Below are positions 1 through 13,035 of a stretch of 64,000 nucleotides of DNA, piece after piece. The notes under the pieces were generated by a model. That model did no database searches and was not told where the DNA came from. It saw only the letters and a list, made by a program, of their open reading frames with translations. The position numbers were made by a program, and so were the translations under genes. This DNA comes from Lingula anatina. Its lineage: Eukaryota > Animalia > Brachiopoda. Location: the NCBI GenBank assembly GCA_051362555.1, contig CM120640.1:30213967-30277966 (forward strand), in the 5' to 3' direction. The first letter of the stretch is position 1. The number at the start of each line of letters is the position of its first letter.

Positions 1-400
1 TGACTGTGTGTAATGAAATTGATTTTTTCGGACAATATACAGTATTTGAGAAAACTAAAAATTGCATAGAAAGAAAATGCAAATTTCATGCTTTAAAATA
101 CTTTTATGTTAATAATTTTGACAAATCTAGTCCAATGTTCGTGAAATTTCTACAAATGATGCTTAACAACTGAAATAATCTGAGATCAGCTTATCAGTCG
201 ACTGTGCCTAATGAAAATGATGTTTTCAGAAAATATTTAAGAAAACTAAAAATAAGATTGAAAACACTGGCAAATTCCATACCTTAACATATTCAAATGT
301 ATATGATGTTGACAAATCTAGTCCAATGTTTGTAAAATTTGTAAAAAATAAGCTTAACAACTATAATAATCTGAGATAAGTGTATCAGTTGACTGCCTCA
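1..400. repeat. Degenerate ~190-200-bp tandem repeat (mirror 35050-35545, resumes 37945-38520)
   Basis: Recurring gactgtg(t/c)..taatgaaa, gacaaatctagtccaatgtt and gcttaacaact..aataatctgagat blocks with units starting near 1, 200 and 391. Confidence 0.8.
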
Positions 401-864
401 TTTATTGGCAATTGATAGGAGAAGATTGAGAATGACAAAAAATAAAATTTTCAGTATTACAATAATATTATTCAGTATCAAATGAAGCATTTTATGTTAT
501 GATTTGAGTTTGGTTGTGTAAGAGGAGACAAATTACCCATTATTGTCATCTGGAAACAATATATATCCATTCAAGATTTCTTCTTACTACCAATACCAGA
601 TGCAGATTCCTCCTTGTAATGGGTGTCTAAAATCAGGCTTTGCACATCATTTGACGTTTATAATCTTGCCACATATCATGTATTCTACACATGGATGAGA
701 TAATGCACTGCTCTTGCTGCTGTTTTTCACTGCCTACTTTTTCTATAGGTATTATCCATTACAAGATAAGTAGAGTCAGTTCCCCAAGAAGCCACCATGC
801 TGTATGGAAAGGGTCACCTGGAAAAAGAACAATATATTTGAGAAAAATGAAAATCATATTAAAA

Positions 865-1680
865 ATATCTCCTACTAGACTATTAAAAACTGGAAACTTT
901 GGTGATTGGTGAAACTGTAGTCAAAATGTGTGATGGCATTTCATAATTTTTGGGCAACAGGGGGTTGCGCTCTCCCTTGGGGGGGGGGTGGTGGAGGAGA
1001 TGATTCTGAATTCTTTTCACGTTATTTCTGTTATCTCCTCCTAGACTATTTGAGTTAGATAATTGAAACTTTGGTGATTGCTAGACCTGTCATCAGGGAA
1101 GTGCATTGGCATTTCAGAATTATTTCAAGAGGACATAGGGATGTCCTTGAGGGGGGGGGGGAAGTAGTTGTTCAAAATTTTTTTCACGTTGTAATTTCCC
1201 CAATCTCCTCTTAGACCATTAGACTTAAGAACTTGAAACTTTGATGATTGGTAGAACTGTAGTCAAAATGTGTGTTGGCATTCTAAAATTTTAGTGCAAC
1301 AGGGGGTTGCGCTGTCCCTGGGGGGGGGCAGGATGATTCGGAATTCTCTTCATGTTATTTCTGTTATCTCCTCCTAGACTATTTGAGTTAGATAATTGAA
1401 ACTGGTGATTGCTAGACCTGTCATCAGGGAAGTGCGTTGGCACTTCAGAATTATTTCAAGAGGGCATTGGGATGTCCTTGTGGGGGGATAGTTGTTCAAA
1501 ATTTTTTTCACGTTATAATTTCCCTGATCTCCTCTTAGAACATTAGACTTTAGAAGTTGAAACTTTGGTGAATGATAGCTGTTTCCTCAAGGATATGCAT
1601 GGGCATTTCATAATTAGTTCAACAGAGGTTTTGGCTATCCCTGGGGATGGTTGATTTTGAAGCCTTTTTTCATTGTTATA
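865..1680 (+). repeat. ~170-bp core tandem repeats (~340-bp dimer), resembling Helentron/HINE internal arrays; mirror ~34110-34590
   Basis: ctcct..tagac.att...gaaactt(t)ggtgattg recurs near 870, 1036, 1205, 1368, 1528, with G-runs; the right arm lacks one dimer. Family assignment is by resemblance only. Confidence 0.7.
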
Positions 1681-1779
1681 CCATTATGCTTATATGTCAT
1701 GTAACAGCTAATTGATCATTTTCTGACGTTTGCATTCTTACAGGCTGATGAGGAAATTATAGGGCAAAACACAATGGCA

Positions 1780-1829
1780 ATGCAAATGAGGTGACGTCAA
1801 GCCAATGCTATGTGCACAAATATGCAAAT
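1780..1829 (+). promoter_or_regulatory. Motif cluster: octamer ATGCAAAT x2, CRE TGACGTCA, CCAAT (mirror ~33962-34011)
   Basis: ATGCAAAT 1780-1787, TGACGTCA 1792-1799, CCAAT 1802-1806, ATGCAAAT 1822-1829; all retained in the mirror copy. Function unproven. Confidence 0.3.
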
Positions 1830-2073
1830 CAATCCCCGCTTGTCACACTGTTCATGCTCAACGGGGAATTATTGCCACTTGCTGCAAGCCAACATAATTA
1901 CAAAGTTCCTTAACGGTTGGTACTCTTCCTTTCTCTAGGCTGAGATAGTCCTATCTCCTGCCTTGCTAGTGGTTTGACCTCATCTGAAAGTTTTGGGCAT
2001 ATTATTCTTAACTCATAACACATATAAATCTCTAAGTGACCCTTTTACAAAATGATAATTTCCCAGGTAGTAT

Positions 2074-2240
2074 CAGTGGCAGATCCAGAGATATTTTCTG
2101 ACAGTCTTCCAAATTATCTTTGTTGCGCCATCCCCCATTTTTGACCATCTTCCGACAGAAAAATTAGATACCCGTCAATGTAAACTTGAAAATCTGACCG
2201 TCTTCCGGAAGACCCAGAAGACGGCCTAAATCCGCCCCTG
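2074..2240. mobile_element. 167-bp hAT-like MITE
   Basis: Termini cagtggcagatcca...aaatccgcccctg resemble CAG(T/G)GGCGGATC TIRs; 8-bp TSD not clearly preserved; dispersed relative at 37622-37790. Confidence 0.65.
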
Positions 2241-2287
2241 ACTATATATAGTGATGATGAACACCGAACACAGGTAAAGCAATATTC

Positions 2288-2398
2288 CCAGATAGCAATA
2301 AGTGGTCGCGCTACTGGTGACCCGACGTCGGGCCAACGACTGCTTCATGCCATTGGCCTGACGTCGGTATAACGGTGGCTCATCAGCTGTGCGTCGGG
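2288..2398. mobile_element. Small CCC...GGG-ended, CpG-rich MITE-like insert (CMC/EnSpm-like); longer mirror ~33330-33504
   Basis: Begins cccagatagca, ends gtcggg; internal ccgacgtcgg/gcccaacg repeats; left copy lacks ~63 bp present in the right copy. Confidence 0.45.
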
Positions 2399-3610
2399 TA
2401 AGGATCAAAAGGGGATTGAAGAGAACAACAAAGTATAGCAATATCATTTTTGCGCTGACCTGTGGTGAGGCTGCGATGCTGGAGATCTTGATGTGATGAC
2501 GAGTTTAGCTGTCCTCAGTGTGATGATAATCCAGAAGACACACCTTCATCTCCGCTGAAAAGAATATAAGCAGACATATACAGCAGTTACAAAATAGACA
2601 CATCACAGTGATCAAAATATATATAAACACATACAGCCACAACACAAACATAGATAGTGATCAGAATTTATACCGACACATACAGCCTCACAAAATTCAA
2701 TGCACTCTAAGGCATCAGAATATAAACATAAAATTTAATGTTTATATACAGGGTTTGGAATGACCGTCAGAAAATTTTGATTACATCCACGAGTTCACAT
2801 TAACCTTTTAAACTCTAAACATATATAAATCTCTAAGTGACCCTTTTACAAAACAAACATAGATAGTGATCAGAATATATATAGACACACACAGTGTCAC
2901 AAAAGACAATGCACTGTGAGGCATGAGAATACAAACATTGAATTTAAAGTTCAATATAGAGACACATACAGCATCACAACATGCAGTACACAGGCTTCAG
3001 AATGTATGCAAGATATTTTTTCTAGTTGTGAGGGTCAAAATGGTATTGAAAAGAACAATAAAGTATAGCAATATTATTGATGCACTGACCTGTGCTGAAG
3101 CTGTGACATTGTAAATCTTGCTGGTGATGATGAGTTTTTAAATTAGCTGTCCTCAGTATGTTGGATGATAATCCAAGAGACATACCTTCATCTCTGCTGA
3201 AATTAGAGAAACCATCAATATATAACATACACAGGCACATACAGTATATACAACACAGATGTAATACAAAGATCAAAATGTATTTTGACTTTCAAACAGT
3301 GACAAAACAGACATATACAGTAAGCAGAATATATACAAACACACAGAGTATCGCAAAAGACAATGCACTGTGAGGCATGAGAATACAAACATTAAATTTA
3401 ATCTTTATATATAGGAATTGGAATGACTGCCAGAAATTCTTGTTCACACCCACTAGTTCATATTAACCCTTTTCACTCTGAACATATATAAGACTCTGTG
3501 GGATTTAAGTGACCCTTTTAAAAATGATAATTTGCAAGAAATTTTATCTATATACAGATTTTTCTCAGCGCCTTCCCACCCCTACGAGTTCATATCAACC
3601 CTTGTCAATT

Positions 3611-6600
3611 TGAACATATATAAAACTGTGTGGGATCTAAGACTAACACCCCATTACCATAGATTTTTAGATCGATCTATCCCTGTGGGGAGTCTCACTA
3701 GATTACTGTCAGCTTGGCCGGCTTAAGCGTCTGTCCCGCCTACTAAAAGCTGTAAAGGGGTAATTAACTATGGCGCCCGCTCAGCTGACTGCAATTTAGC
3801 TTGAACCCCCAGGGAGTTGGGTCGATCTAAATCTTAATCCTTAGATCGATCTAAATCTCTGGGAAAGCACCCTAAGTTTCCATACCTTGATCAATCCATC
3901 TGGATTGGTCTAACTCCCTAAGGAGTCTCACTAGATTGCTATCAACTTTATCGACTTAACTGTCAGCCAGTTATATCAAACCAACTAGGGGGTAAAGATA
4001 ATTACCCCCTTACAGCTTTACTAAGCATGACAGACATTTAAGATGGTTAAGTTGACAGCAATTTAGTAAGACTCCCCAGGGAGATAGATCAATCCAAATA
4101 TCTGCGGGACTGTCCTCAAGTGACCCTTTTAAAATGATAATTTCCCAGGAACTATATAAAGTGGTAAGGATCAAAAGGGGATTGAAGAGAACAACAAAGT
4201 ATAGCAATATCATTTTTGCGCTGACCTGTGGTGAGGCTGCGATGCTGGAGATCTTGATGTGATGACGAGTTTAGCTGTCTTCAGTGTGATGATAATCCAG
4301 AAGACACACCTTCATCTCCGCTGAAAAGAATATATGCAGACATATACAGCAGTTACAAAATAGACGCATCACAGTGATCAAAATATATATAAACACATAC
4401 AGCCACAACACAAACATAGATAGTGATCAGAATTTATACAGACAAATACAGCCTCACAAAATCCAATGCACTCTAAGGCATCAGAATATAAACATAAAAT
4501 TTAATGTTTATATACAGGGTTTGGAATGACTGTCAGAAAATTTTGATTACATCCACGAGTTCACATTAACCTTTTAAACTCTAAACATATATAAATCTCT
4601 AAGTGACCCTTTTACAGCCACAACACAAACATAGATAGTGATCAGAATTTATACAGATATACAAACATAGATAGTGATCAGAATATATATAGACACACAC
4701 AGTGTCACAAAAGACAATGCACTGTGAGGCATGAGAATACAAACATTGAATTTAAAGTTCATATATAGGGATTTAAGTGACTGTCAGTAATTCTTGCTCA
4801 CCCCCACAAGTTCACATTAACCCCTTCTAACATATACAAAACTGAGTGGGATCTAAGTGTCCCATTAACAAAGTGATATATTCCCAGGTATTATTTTATA
4901 TTATATAGTGGTGATGGCCACAAAGGGTTTAAAGAGAACACATTATAATTTTTTTTTTTGCACTGACCTCTACTAAGGCTACAAGGTTGTAGATATTGTA
5001 GGTGATGATGAGTTTATAAATTAGCTCTCCTCAGTGAAATGATAATCCAACAGACATACCTTCATCTCTGCTGAAATCAGAAAACACATCATCAATAAAG
5101 AATATATGCAGACATACACAGTAGTTACAACACAAATATAACACAGAGATCAGATTATATTTAAACAGTCATACAGTGATAAAACACACATATACAGTGA
5201 TCAGAAAATACACACACATATTTAGTGTCACAAAACACAATGCACTGTGAGGCATCAGAATAAAAACAAAATTTAGTGTTTATTTATAGGGATTGGAATG
5301 ACCGTCAGAAAATTTTCTTCACCCCTGCAAGTTGACATTACTTTCACTTTGAACATATATAAAACTGTGTGGGATCTAAGACTAACACCCCATTACCATA
5401 GATTTTTAGATCGATCTATCCCTGTGGGGAGTCTCACTAGATTACTGTCAGCTTGGCCGGCTTAAGCGTCTGTCCCGCCTACTAAAAGCTGTAAAGGGGT
5501 AATTAACTATGGCGCCCGCTCAGCTGACTGCAATTTAGCTTGAACCCCCAGGGAGTTGGGTCGATCTAAATCTTAATCCTTAGATCGATCTAAATCTCTG
5601 GGAAAGCACCCTAAGTTTCCATACCTTGATCAATCCATCTGGATTGGTCTAACTCCCTAAGGAGTCTCACTAGATTGCTATCAACTTTATCGACTTAACT
5701 GTCAGCCAGTTATATCAAACCAACTAGGGGGTAAAGATAATTACCCCCTTACAGCTTTACTAAGCATGACAGACATTTAAGATGGTTAAGTTGACAGCAA
5801 TTTAGTAAGACTCCCCAGGGAGATAGATCAATCCAAATATCTGCGGGACTGTCCTCAAGTGACCCTTTTAAAATGATAATTTCCCAGGAACTATATAAAG
5901 TGGTAAGGATCAAAAGGGGATTGAAGAGAACAACAAAGTATAGCAATATCATTTTTGCGCTGACCTGTGGTGAGGCTGCGATGCTGGAGATCTTGATGTG
6001 ATGACGAGTTTAGCTGTCTTCAGTGTGATGATAATCCAGAAGACACACCTTCATCTCCGCTGAAAAGAATATATGCAGACATATACAGCAGTTACAAAAT
6101 AGACGCATCACAGTGATCAAAATATATATAAACACATACAGCCACAACACAAACATAGATAGTGATCAGAATTTATACAGACAAATACAGCCTCACAAAA
6201 TCCAATGCACTCTAAGGCATCAGAATATAAACATAAAATTTAATGTTTATATACAGGGTTTGGAATGACTGTCAGAAAATTTTGATTACATCCACGAGTT
6301 CACATTAACCTTTTAAACTCTAAACATATATAAATCTCTAAGTGACCCTTTTACAGCCACAACACAAACATAGATAGTGATCAGAATTTATACAGATATA
6401 CAAACATAGATAGTGATCAGAATATATATAGACACACACAGTGTCACAAAAGACAATGCACTGTGAGGCATGAGAATACAAACATTGAATTTAAAGTTCA
6501 TATATAGGGATTTAAGTGACTGTCAGTAATTCTTGCTCACCCCCACAAGTTCACATTAACCCCTTCTAACATATACAAAACTGAGTGGGATCTAAGTGTC

Positions 6601-7088
6601 CCATTAACAAAGTGATATATTCCCAGGTATTATCTTATATTATATAGTGGTGATGGCCACAAAGGGTTTAAAGAGAACACATTATAATTTTTTTTTTTGC
6701 ACTGACCTCTACTAAGGCTACAAGGTTGTAGATATTGTAGGTGATGATGAGTTTATAAATTAGCTCTCCTCAGTGAAATGATAATCCAACAGACATACCT
6801 TCATCTCTGCTGAAATCAGAAAACACATCATCAATAAAGAATATATGCAGACATACACAGTAGTTACAACACAAATATAACACAGAGATCAGATTATATT
6901 TAAACAGTCATACAGTGATAAAACACACATATACAGTGATCAGAAAATACACACACATATTTAGTGTCACAAAACACAATGCACTGTGAGGCATCAGAAT
7001 AAAAACAAAATTTAGTGTTTATTTATAGGGATTGGAATGACCGTCAGAAAATTTTCTTCACCCCTGCAAGTTGACATTACTTTCACTT
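3611..7088. repeat. Near-perfect 1739-bp direct tandem duplication (left arm only)
   Basis: 3611-5349 repeated at 5350-7088; identical ORFs at 4010-4213 and 5749-5952 (offset 1739). Confidence 0.95.
3647..4110. mobile_element. Pair of related palindromic MITEs in opposite orientation (PIF/Harbinger-Tourist-like); copies ~5386-5849 and mirror ~31612-32076
   Basis: Element 3647-3872 has imperfect TIRs (agattt..agatcgatcta) and is flanked by TAA on both sides. Second element has ~48-bp arms 3901-3948/4049-4096. The pair interrupts the host motif gggatctaag|tgaccctttt. Confidence 0.6.
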
Positions 7089-9073
7089 TGAACATAGATA
7101 AAACTGAGTAGGACCTAAGTGACCCTTTTACAAAATGATAATTACCAAGATAATATATATAGTGGTGCTGGTCAAAAGAGAACAACAAAGTATAGCAATA
7201 TCATTATTGCACTGACCTGTGCTAAGGCTGCAATGTTGTGGTCCTGATGTGATGAAGAGTTTAGATGTCCTAAGTATGATGATAATCAAGGAGATACACC
7301 TTCATCTCTGCTGAAATCAGAGAACACAACATAGACGCATCACAGTGATCAATATATAACAAAGTCACAGTCACCTCAACCTGTCTATCTATAACAGGTT
7401 ACCAAGAACTGGTAAATTTATTAACAGAACTCCATCACATTTACAGCAACTTATTCATCCTGTTGCTGACCTTGAAAGGAATTCAGTTTATTGGAATGTA
7501 TTTCTGAATAACAAGTTAAGAAAATTCACTAGTTCAATAAAGACACAAAACAACTGTCACTTTTACTTTAAAACCCTTTTTTTATTATTTTGATAAATTT
7601 AGTTACAGTATTGATAAACAAAGTATCATGTTTTCAATAATTAATATTTTAAATTACAATCCATAACTAGAAGGTTGTGTCAATGACCAAAATACAATGT
7701 TGAGTCAATGTCACATTATGACGGTGTTTTGACATGGCTGGATCAACGTTGATTTTACATTGAATTTAGGTAGAACAACAGCAATTCAACGTTATCAACC
7801 TGTTTTCAACGTTGATCCAACACGACTATGCCTACTGGGTAGAGCCAATTTTAACATCGTCAACTTTCCATTTGTGGTGGTTGAGCTAGACCAATCGTGA
7901 CACACCGATTGTACTAAAACTGAGTAGGACCTAAGTGACCCTTTTACAAAATGATAATTACCAAGATAATATATATAGTGGTGCTGGTCAAAAGAGAACA
8001 ACAAAGTATAGCAATATCATTATTGCACTGACCTGTGCTGAGGCTGCAATGTTGCGGTCCTGATGTGATGAAGAGTTTAGATGTCCTAAGTATGATGATA
8101 ATCAAGGAGATACACCTTCATCTCTGCTGAAATCAGAGAACACATCATTAATTAAGAATATGTGGAGACATATACAGCAGTTACAACATAGACACATCAC
8201 AGTGATCAATATATATATATATAACAAAGTAACAGTCACCTCAACCTGTCTATCTATGACAGGTTACCAAGAACTGGTAACTTTACTAACGTAACTCCAT
8301 CACATTTACAGCAACTTATTCATCCTGATGCTGACCTTGCAAAGAATTCAGTTTATTGGAATGTATTTCTGAATAACAAGTTAAGAAAATTCACTAGTTC
8401 ACTAAAGACACAATACAACTGTCACTTTTACTTTAAAACCCTTTTGTTATTATTTTGATAAATTTATATAGTTACAGTATTGAAAAACAAAGTATCACGT
8501 TTTCAATAATTAATATTTTAAATTACAATCCATAACTGTAAGGTTGTGTCAATGACCAAAATACAACGTTGAGTCAATGTCACATTATGACGGTGTTTTG
8601 ACGTGGCTGGATCAACGCTGATTTTACATTGAATTTAGGTAGATCAACAGCAATTCAACGTATCAACCTGTTTTCAATGTTGATCCAATGCAACTATGCC
8701 TGCTGGGTAGAGCCAATTTTAACATCGTCGACTTTCCAATTGTGGTAGTTGAGCTAGACCAATCGCGACACACCAATTGTACTAAAAATGAGTAGGACCT
8801 AAGTGACCCTTTTACAAAATGATAATTAACAAGATAATATATATAATGGTGCTGGTCAAAAGAGAACAACAAAGTATAGCAATATCATTATTGCACTGAC
8901 CTGTGCTGAGGCTGCAATGTTGTGGTCCTGATGTGATGAAGAGTTTAGATGTCCTAAGTATGATGATAATCAAGGAGATACACCTTCATCTCTGCTGAAA
9001 TCAGAGAACACACCATTAATTAAAATATGTGGAGACATATACAGCAGTTACAACATAGACACATCACAGTGAT

Positions 9074-9161
<88 letters not shown>

Positions 9162-10157
9162 AAGTCACCTCAACCTGTCTACCTATAACAGGTTACCAAG
9201 AACTGGTAACTTTACTAACGTAACTCCATCAACGTAACTTATTCATCCTGATGCTGACCTTGCAAAGAATTCAGTTTATTGGAATGTATTTCTGAATAAC
9301 AAGTTAAGAAAATTCACTAGTTCTCTAAAGACACAAAACAACTGTCACTTTTACTTTAAAACCCTTTTGTTATTATTTTGATAAATTTAGTTACAGTATT
9401 GATAAACAAAGTATCATGTTTTCAATAATTAATATTTTAAATTACAATCCATAACTAGAAGGTTGTGTCAATGACCAAAATACAATGTTGAGTCAATGTC
9501 ACATTATGACGGTGTTTTGACATGGCTGGATCAACGTTGATTTTACATTGAATTTAGGTAGAACAACAGCAATTCAACGTTATCAACCTGTTTTCAACGT
9601 TGATCCAACACGACTATGCCTACTGGGTAGAGCCAATTTTAACATCGTCAACTTTCCATTTGTGGTGGTTGAGCTAGACCAATCGTGACACACCGATTGT
9701 ACTAAAACTGAGTAGGACCTAAGTGACCCTTTTACAAAATGATAATTACCAAGATAATATATATAGTGGTGCTGGTCAAAAGAGAACAACAAAGTATAGC
9801 AATATCATTATTGCACTGACCTGTGCTGAGGCTGCAATGTTGCGGTCCTGATGTGATGAAGAGTTTAGATGTCCTAAGTATGATGATAATCAAGGAGATA
9901 CACCTTCATCTCTGCTGAAATCAGAGAACACATCATTAATTAAGAATATGTGGAGACATATACAGCAGTTACAACATAGACACATCACAGTGATCAATAT
10001 ATATATATATATATAACAAAGTAACAGTCACCTCAACCTGTCTATCTATGACAGGTTACCAAGAACTGGTAACTTTACTAACGTAACTCCATCACATTTA
10101 CAGCAACTTATTCATCCTGATGCTGACCTTGCAAAGAATTCAGTTTATTGGAATGTA

Positions 10158-11817
10158 CAGGGTTACCACTTAATATGGAATATTATTTTTTGGCGAGTAA
10201 ATTTTCTACAAAATATTTAATTTCTCTCTAACTACTTTAAATCCAAAGCTGAGGTGTCACTCCATGTGTAGCTAGGTGTGTTACCTAATTACCACACAAC
10301 TCTCGAAACAATTGATGCATGCAGTTGCATGTTCTGTGGTCAGAAATGTGAGGGGTAGTCTTTTCGGCAATTTCTGCCCTTGTATAAAAACGCATGGGTG
10401 TTGCCAATCTTTGAAGTGTGTTTAGAGAAGCAACAAAGGGATCGCTCTGAAACTTGACAGGTACATTAGTGAAGATATGGTTTGACAGCTAAGGAACGCA
10501 GCTTACTATGGGATTCTTGCTCTCAGAGAAAATGGCCAGAAACGGACAGCCATTGCCAGGTAATTCAACATTTATCAGGAACCGTTTGTGAAGTCCCCCA
10601 AAGAATTGCTGCAACAGGGGCACCTACTCCAATACCTCGACCAGGGTGTCCGCGTATCACACCAAGAAGACAGGATTGCCTTCTCCTTAGAGGACGCCGT
10701 GCTGGTCGTACAGAGACAACCAGTGTCCTCAGAAAAGAGAGGCAGAATGTTATTCAAACGCCCGTTTCAAGGTCCATCGTGAACAAGAGATTACTGCAAG
10801 CCGGTTATTTTGCACGAAGGCCAGTAGGGAAACCACTGTTAACAGCAGGTCATATACAGCGACGTCTGCAATGGGCTGGGGACCACGTGCGTTTGCAGCC
10901 AAAACACTGGAATTACGTCGTTTTCAGTGATGAGGCCATATATGGATTTTTTTAGGGTTGATCATCGAATCCGTGTTCACCGACGTGTACGAGGGGCATA
11001 CAATGATGATTGTGTACTGCCTATGGTGCAAGCAGGGGATGGGAACGTCTCTGTTTGGGGAGCATTTCATGTTGGTGCCCAGAACCAGTTGGTTTTTCTA
11101 GGAGGCAACCTTATCCAGGATTCCTACAGAAACATTCTACAGCAAACAATGATTCGATTGGTAAGAGTCATCTTCAGGAACAACTTTGTGTACCAAGACG
11201 ACTGCGCAACCCCACATCAAGGCCGCAGAATCACTGTTTTTCTTCAAAACCAATGGGTTCAACAACTGCCCTGGCCTGCAAACTCTCCAGACATGAACCC
11301 AATTGAAAATCTTTGGGCGGAAGTAACTCACAGAATTAATAGCTATGGTCCTCGACCAGTAAATAGTGATGAACTGCAACAGGCAAATATCACTGCGTGG
11401 AATGATATCCCCAGCCAAACTCTAAAAAACATGTCACAGGGTATGCCATGTAGGATGAAGGCGCTGCAAGCGGCTGCTGGAGGTCATACCCGCAATTACT
11501 GACTTTTCATGATTTCCTGTAGTGAGTTCTTTGCCTGTGTAACATATCACTGTCCGGAGGCTATCATTTTCTTTAATATCTTATCTTAAAGTTTATACTG
11601 ACATCAGACTGTTGATATGGTTTTCTTGGGGTGTTCCTTTCTTTTGAATGGCATCTTATGTCAGATTTAATATTATTGAACAAAATATCTCACAACAGAA
11701 GACTGGATGTTATAATCACTCAGTGACATACTTTTTTAATGACTCAAGCCAAAAAATTTTAATCAGCACTCAAAAATAACAATGATAAAAAATATTCCAT
11801 ATTAAGTAGCAACCCTG
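10158..11817 (+). mobile_element. Tc1-family DNA transposon copy 1 (1660 bp), non-autonomous
   Basis: 27-bp TIRs cagggttaccacttaatatggaatatt / aatattccatattaagtagcaaccctg (2 mismatches); TA TSD at 10156-10157 and 11818-11819; empty site ggaatgTAtttctgaa present in sister repeat units. Confidence 0.97.
10477..11502 (+). pseudogene. Tc1 DD34E transposase pseudogene
   Basis: HTH-like N-terminus, RRP..KPLLT..H...RLQWA, VVFSDE, VWGAF, YQDDCATPH, WPANSPDMNPIENLW (34 residues between second D and E). Stops at codon 3 and after AIAR; frameshifts near 10570 and in the T7 run at ~10947. Confidence 0.93.
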
Positions 11818-12527
11818 TATTTCTGAATAACAAGTTAAGAAAATTCACTAGTTCACTAAAGACACAATACAACTGTCACTTTTACTTTAAAACCCTTTTG
11901 TTATTATTTTGATAAATTTATATAGTTACAGTATTGAAAAACAAAGTATCACGTTTTCAATAATTAATATTTTAAATTACAATCCATAACTGTAAGGTTG
12001 TGTCAATGACCAAAATACAACGTTGAGTCAATGTCACATTATGACGGTGTTTTGACGTGGCTGGATCAACGCTGATTTTACATTGAATTTAGGTAGATCA
12101 ACAGCAATTCAACGTATCAACCTGTTTTCAATGTTGATCCAATGCAACTATGCCTGCTGGGTAGAGCCAATTTTAACATCGTCGACTTTCCAATTGTGGT
12201 AGTTGAGCTAGACCAATCGCAACACACCAATTGTACTAAAACTGAGTAGGACCTAAGTGACCCTTTTACAAAATGATAATTAACAAGATAATATATATAA
12301 TGGTGCTGGTCAAAAGAGAACAACAAAGTATAGCAATATCATTATTGCACTGACCTGTGCTGAGGCTGCAATGTTGTGGTCCTGATGTGATGAAGAGTTT
12401 AGATGTCCTAAGTATGATGATAATCAAGGAGATACACCTTCATCTCTGCTGAAATCAGAGAACACACCATTAATTAAAATATGTGGAGACATATACAGCA
12501 GTTACAACATAGACACATCACAGTGAT

Positions 12528-12563
<36 letters not shown>

Positions 12564-13035
12564 AAGTCACCTCAACCTGTCTACCTATAACAGGTTACCA
12601 AGAACTGGTAACTTTACTAACGTAACTCCATCACATTTACAGCAACTTATTCATCCTGATGCTGACCTTGCAAGGAATTCAGTTTATTGGAATGTATTTC
12701 TGAATAACAAGTTAAGAAAATTCACTAGTTCACTAAAGACACAAAACAACTGTCACTTTTACTTTAAAACCCTTTTGTTATTATTTTGATAAATTTAGTT
12801 ACAGTATTGATAAACAAAGTATCATGTTTTCAATAATTAATCTTTTAAATTACAATCCATAACTGCAAGGTTGTGTCAATGACCAAAATACCATGTTGAG
12901 TCAATGTCACATTATGACGGTGTTTTGACGTGGCTGGATCAATGTTGATTATACGTTGAATTTAGGTAGATCAACAGCAATTTAAAGTATCAACCTGTTT
13001 TCAACGTTGATCCAACGCGACTATGCCTGCTGGGT

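Noticed and set aside
691-912. 73-aa ORF conserved in both arms
   Set aside because: Conservation only reflects arm identity; no recognisable domain, and it runs into repeat sequence.
10158-11817. Tc1 copies as active autonomous elements using programmed frameshifting
   Set aside because: Both copies contain in-frame stops, and the T-run frameshift is private to copy 1.
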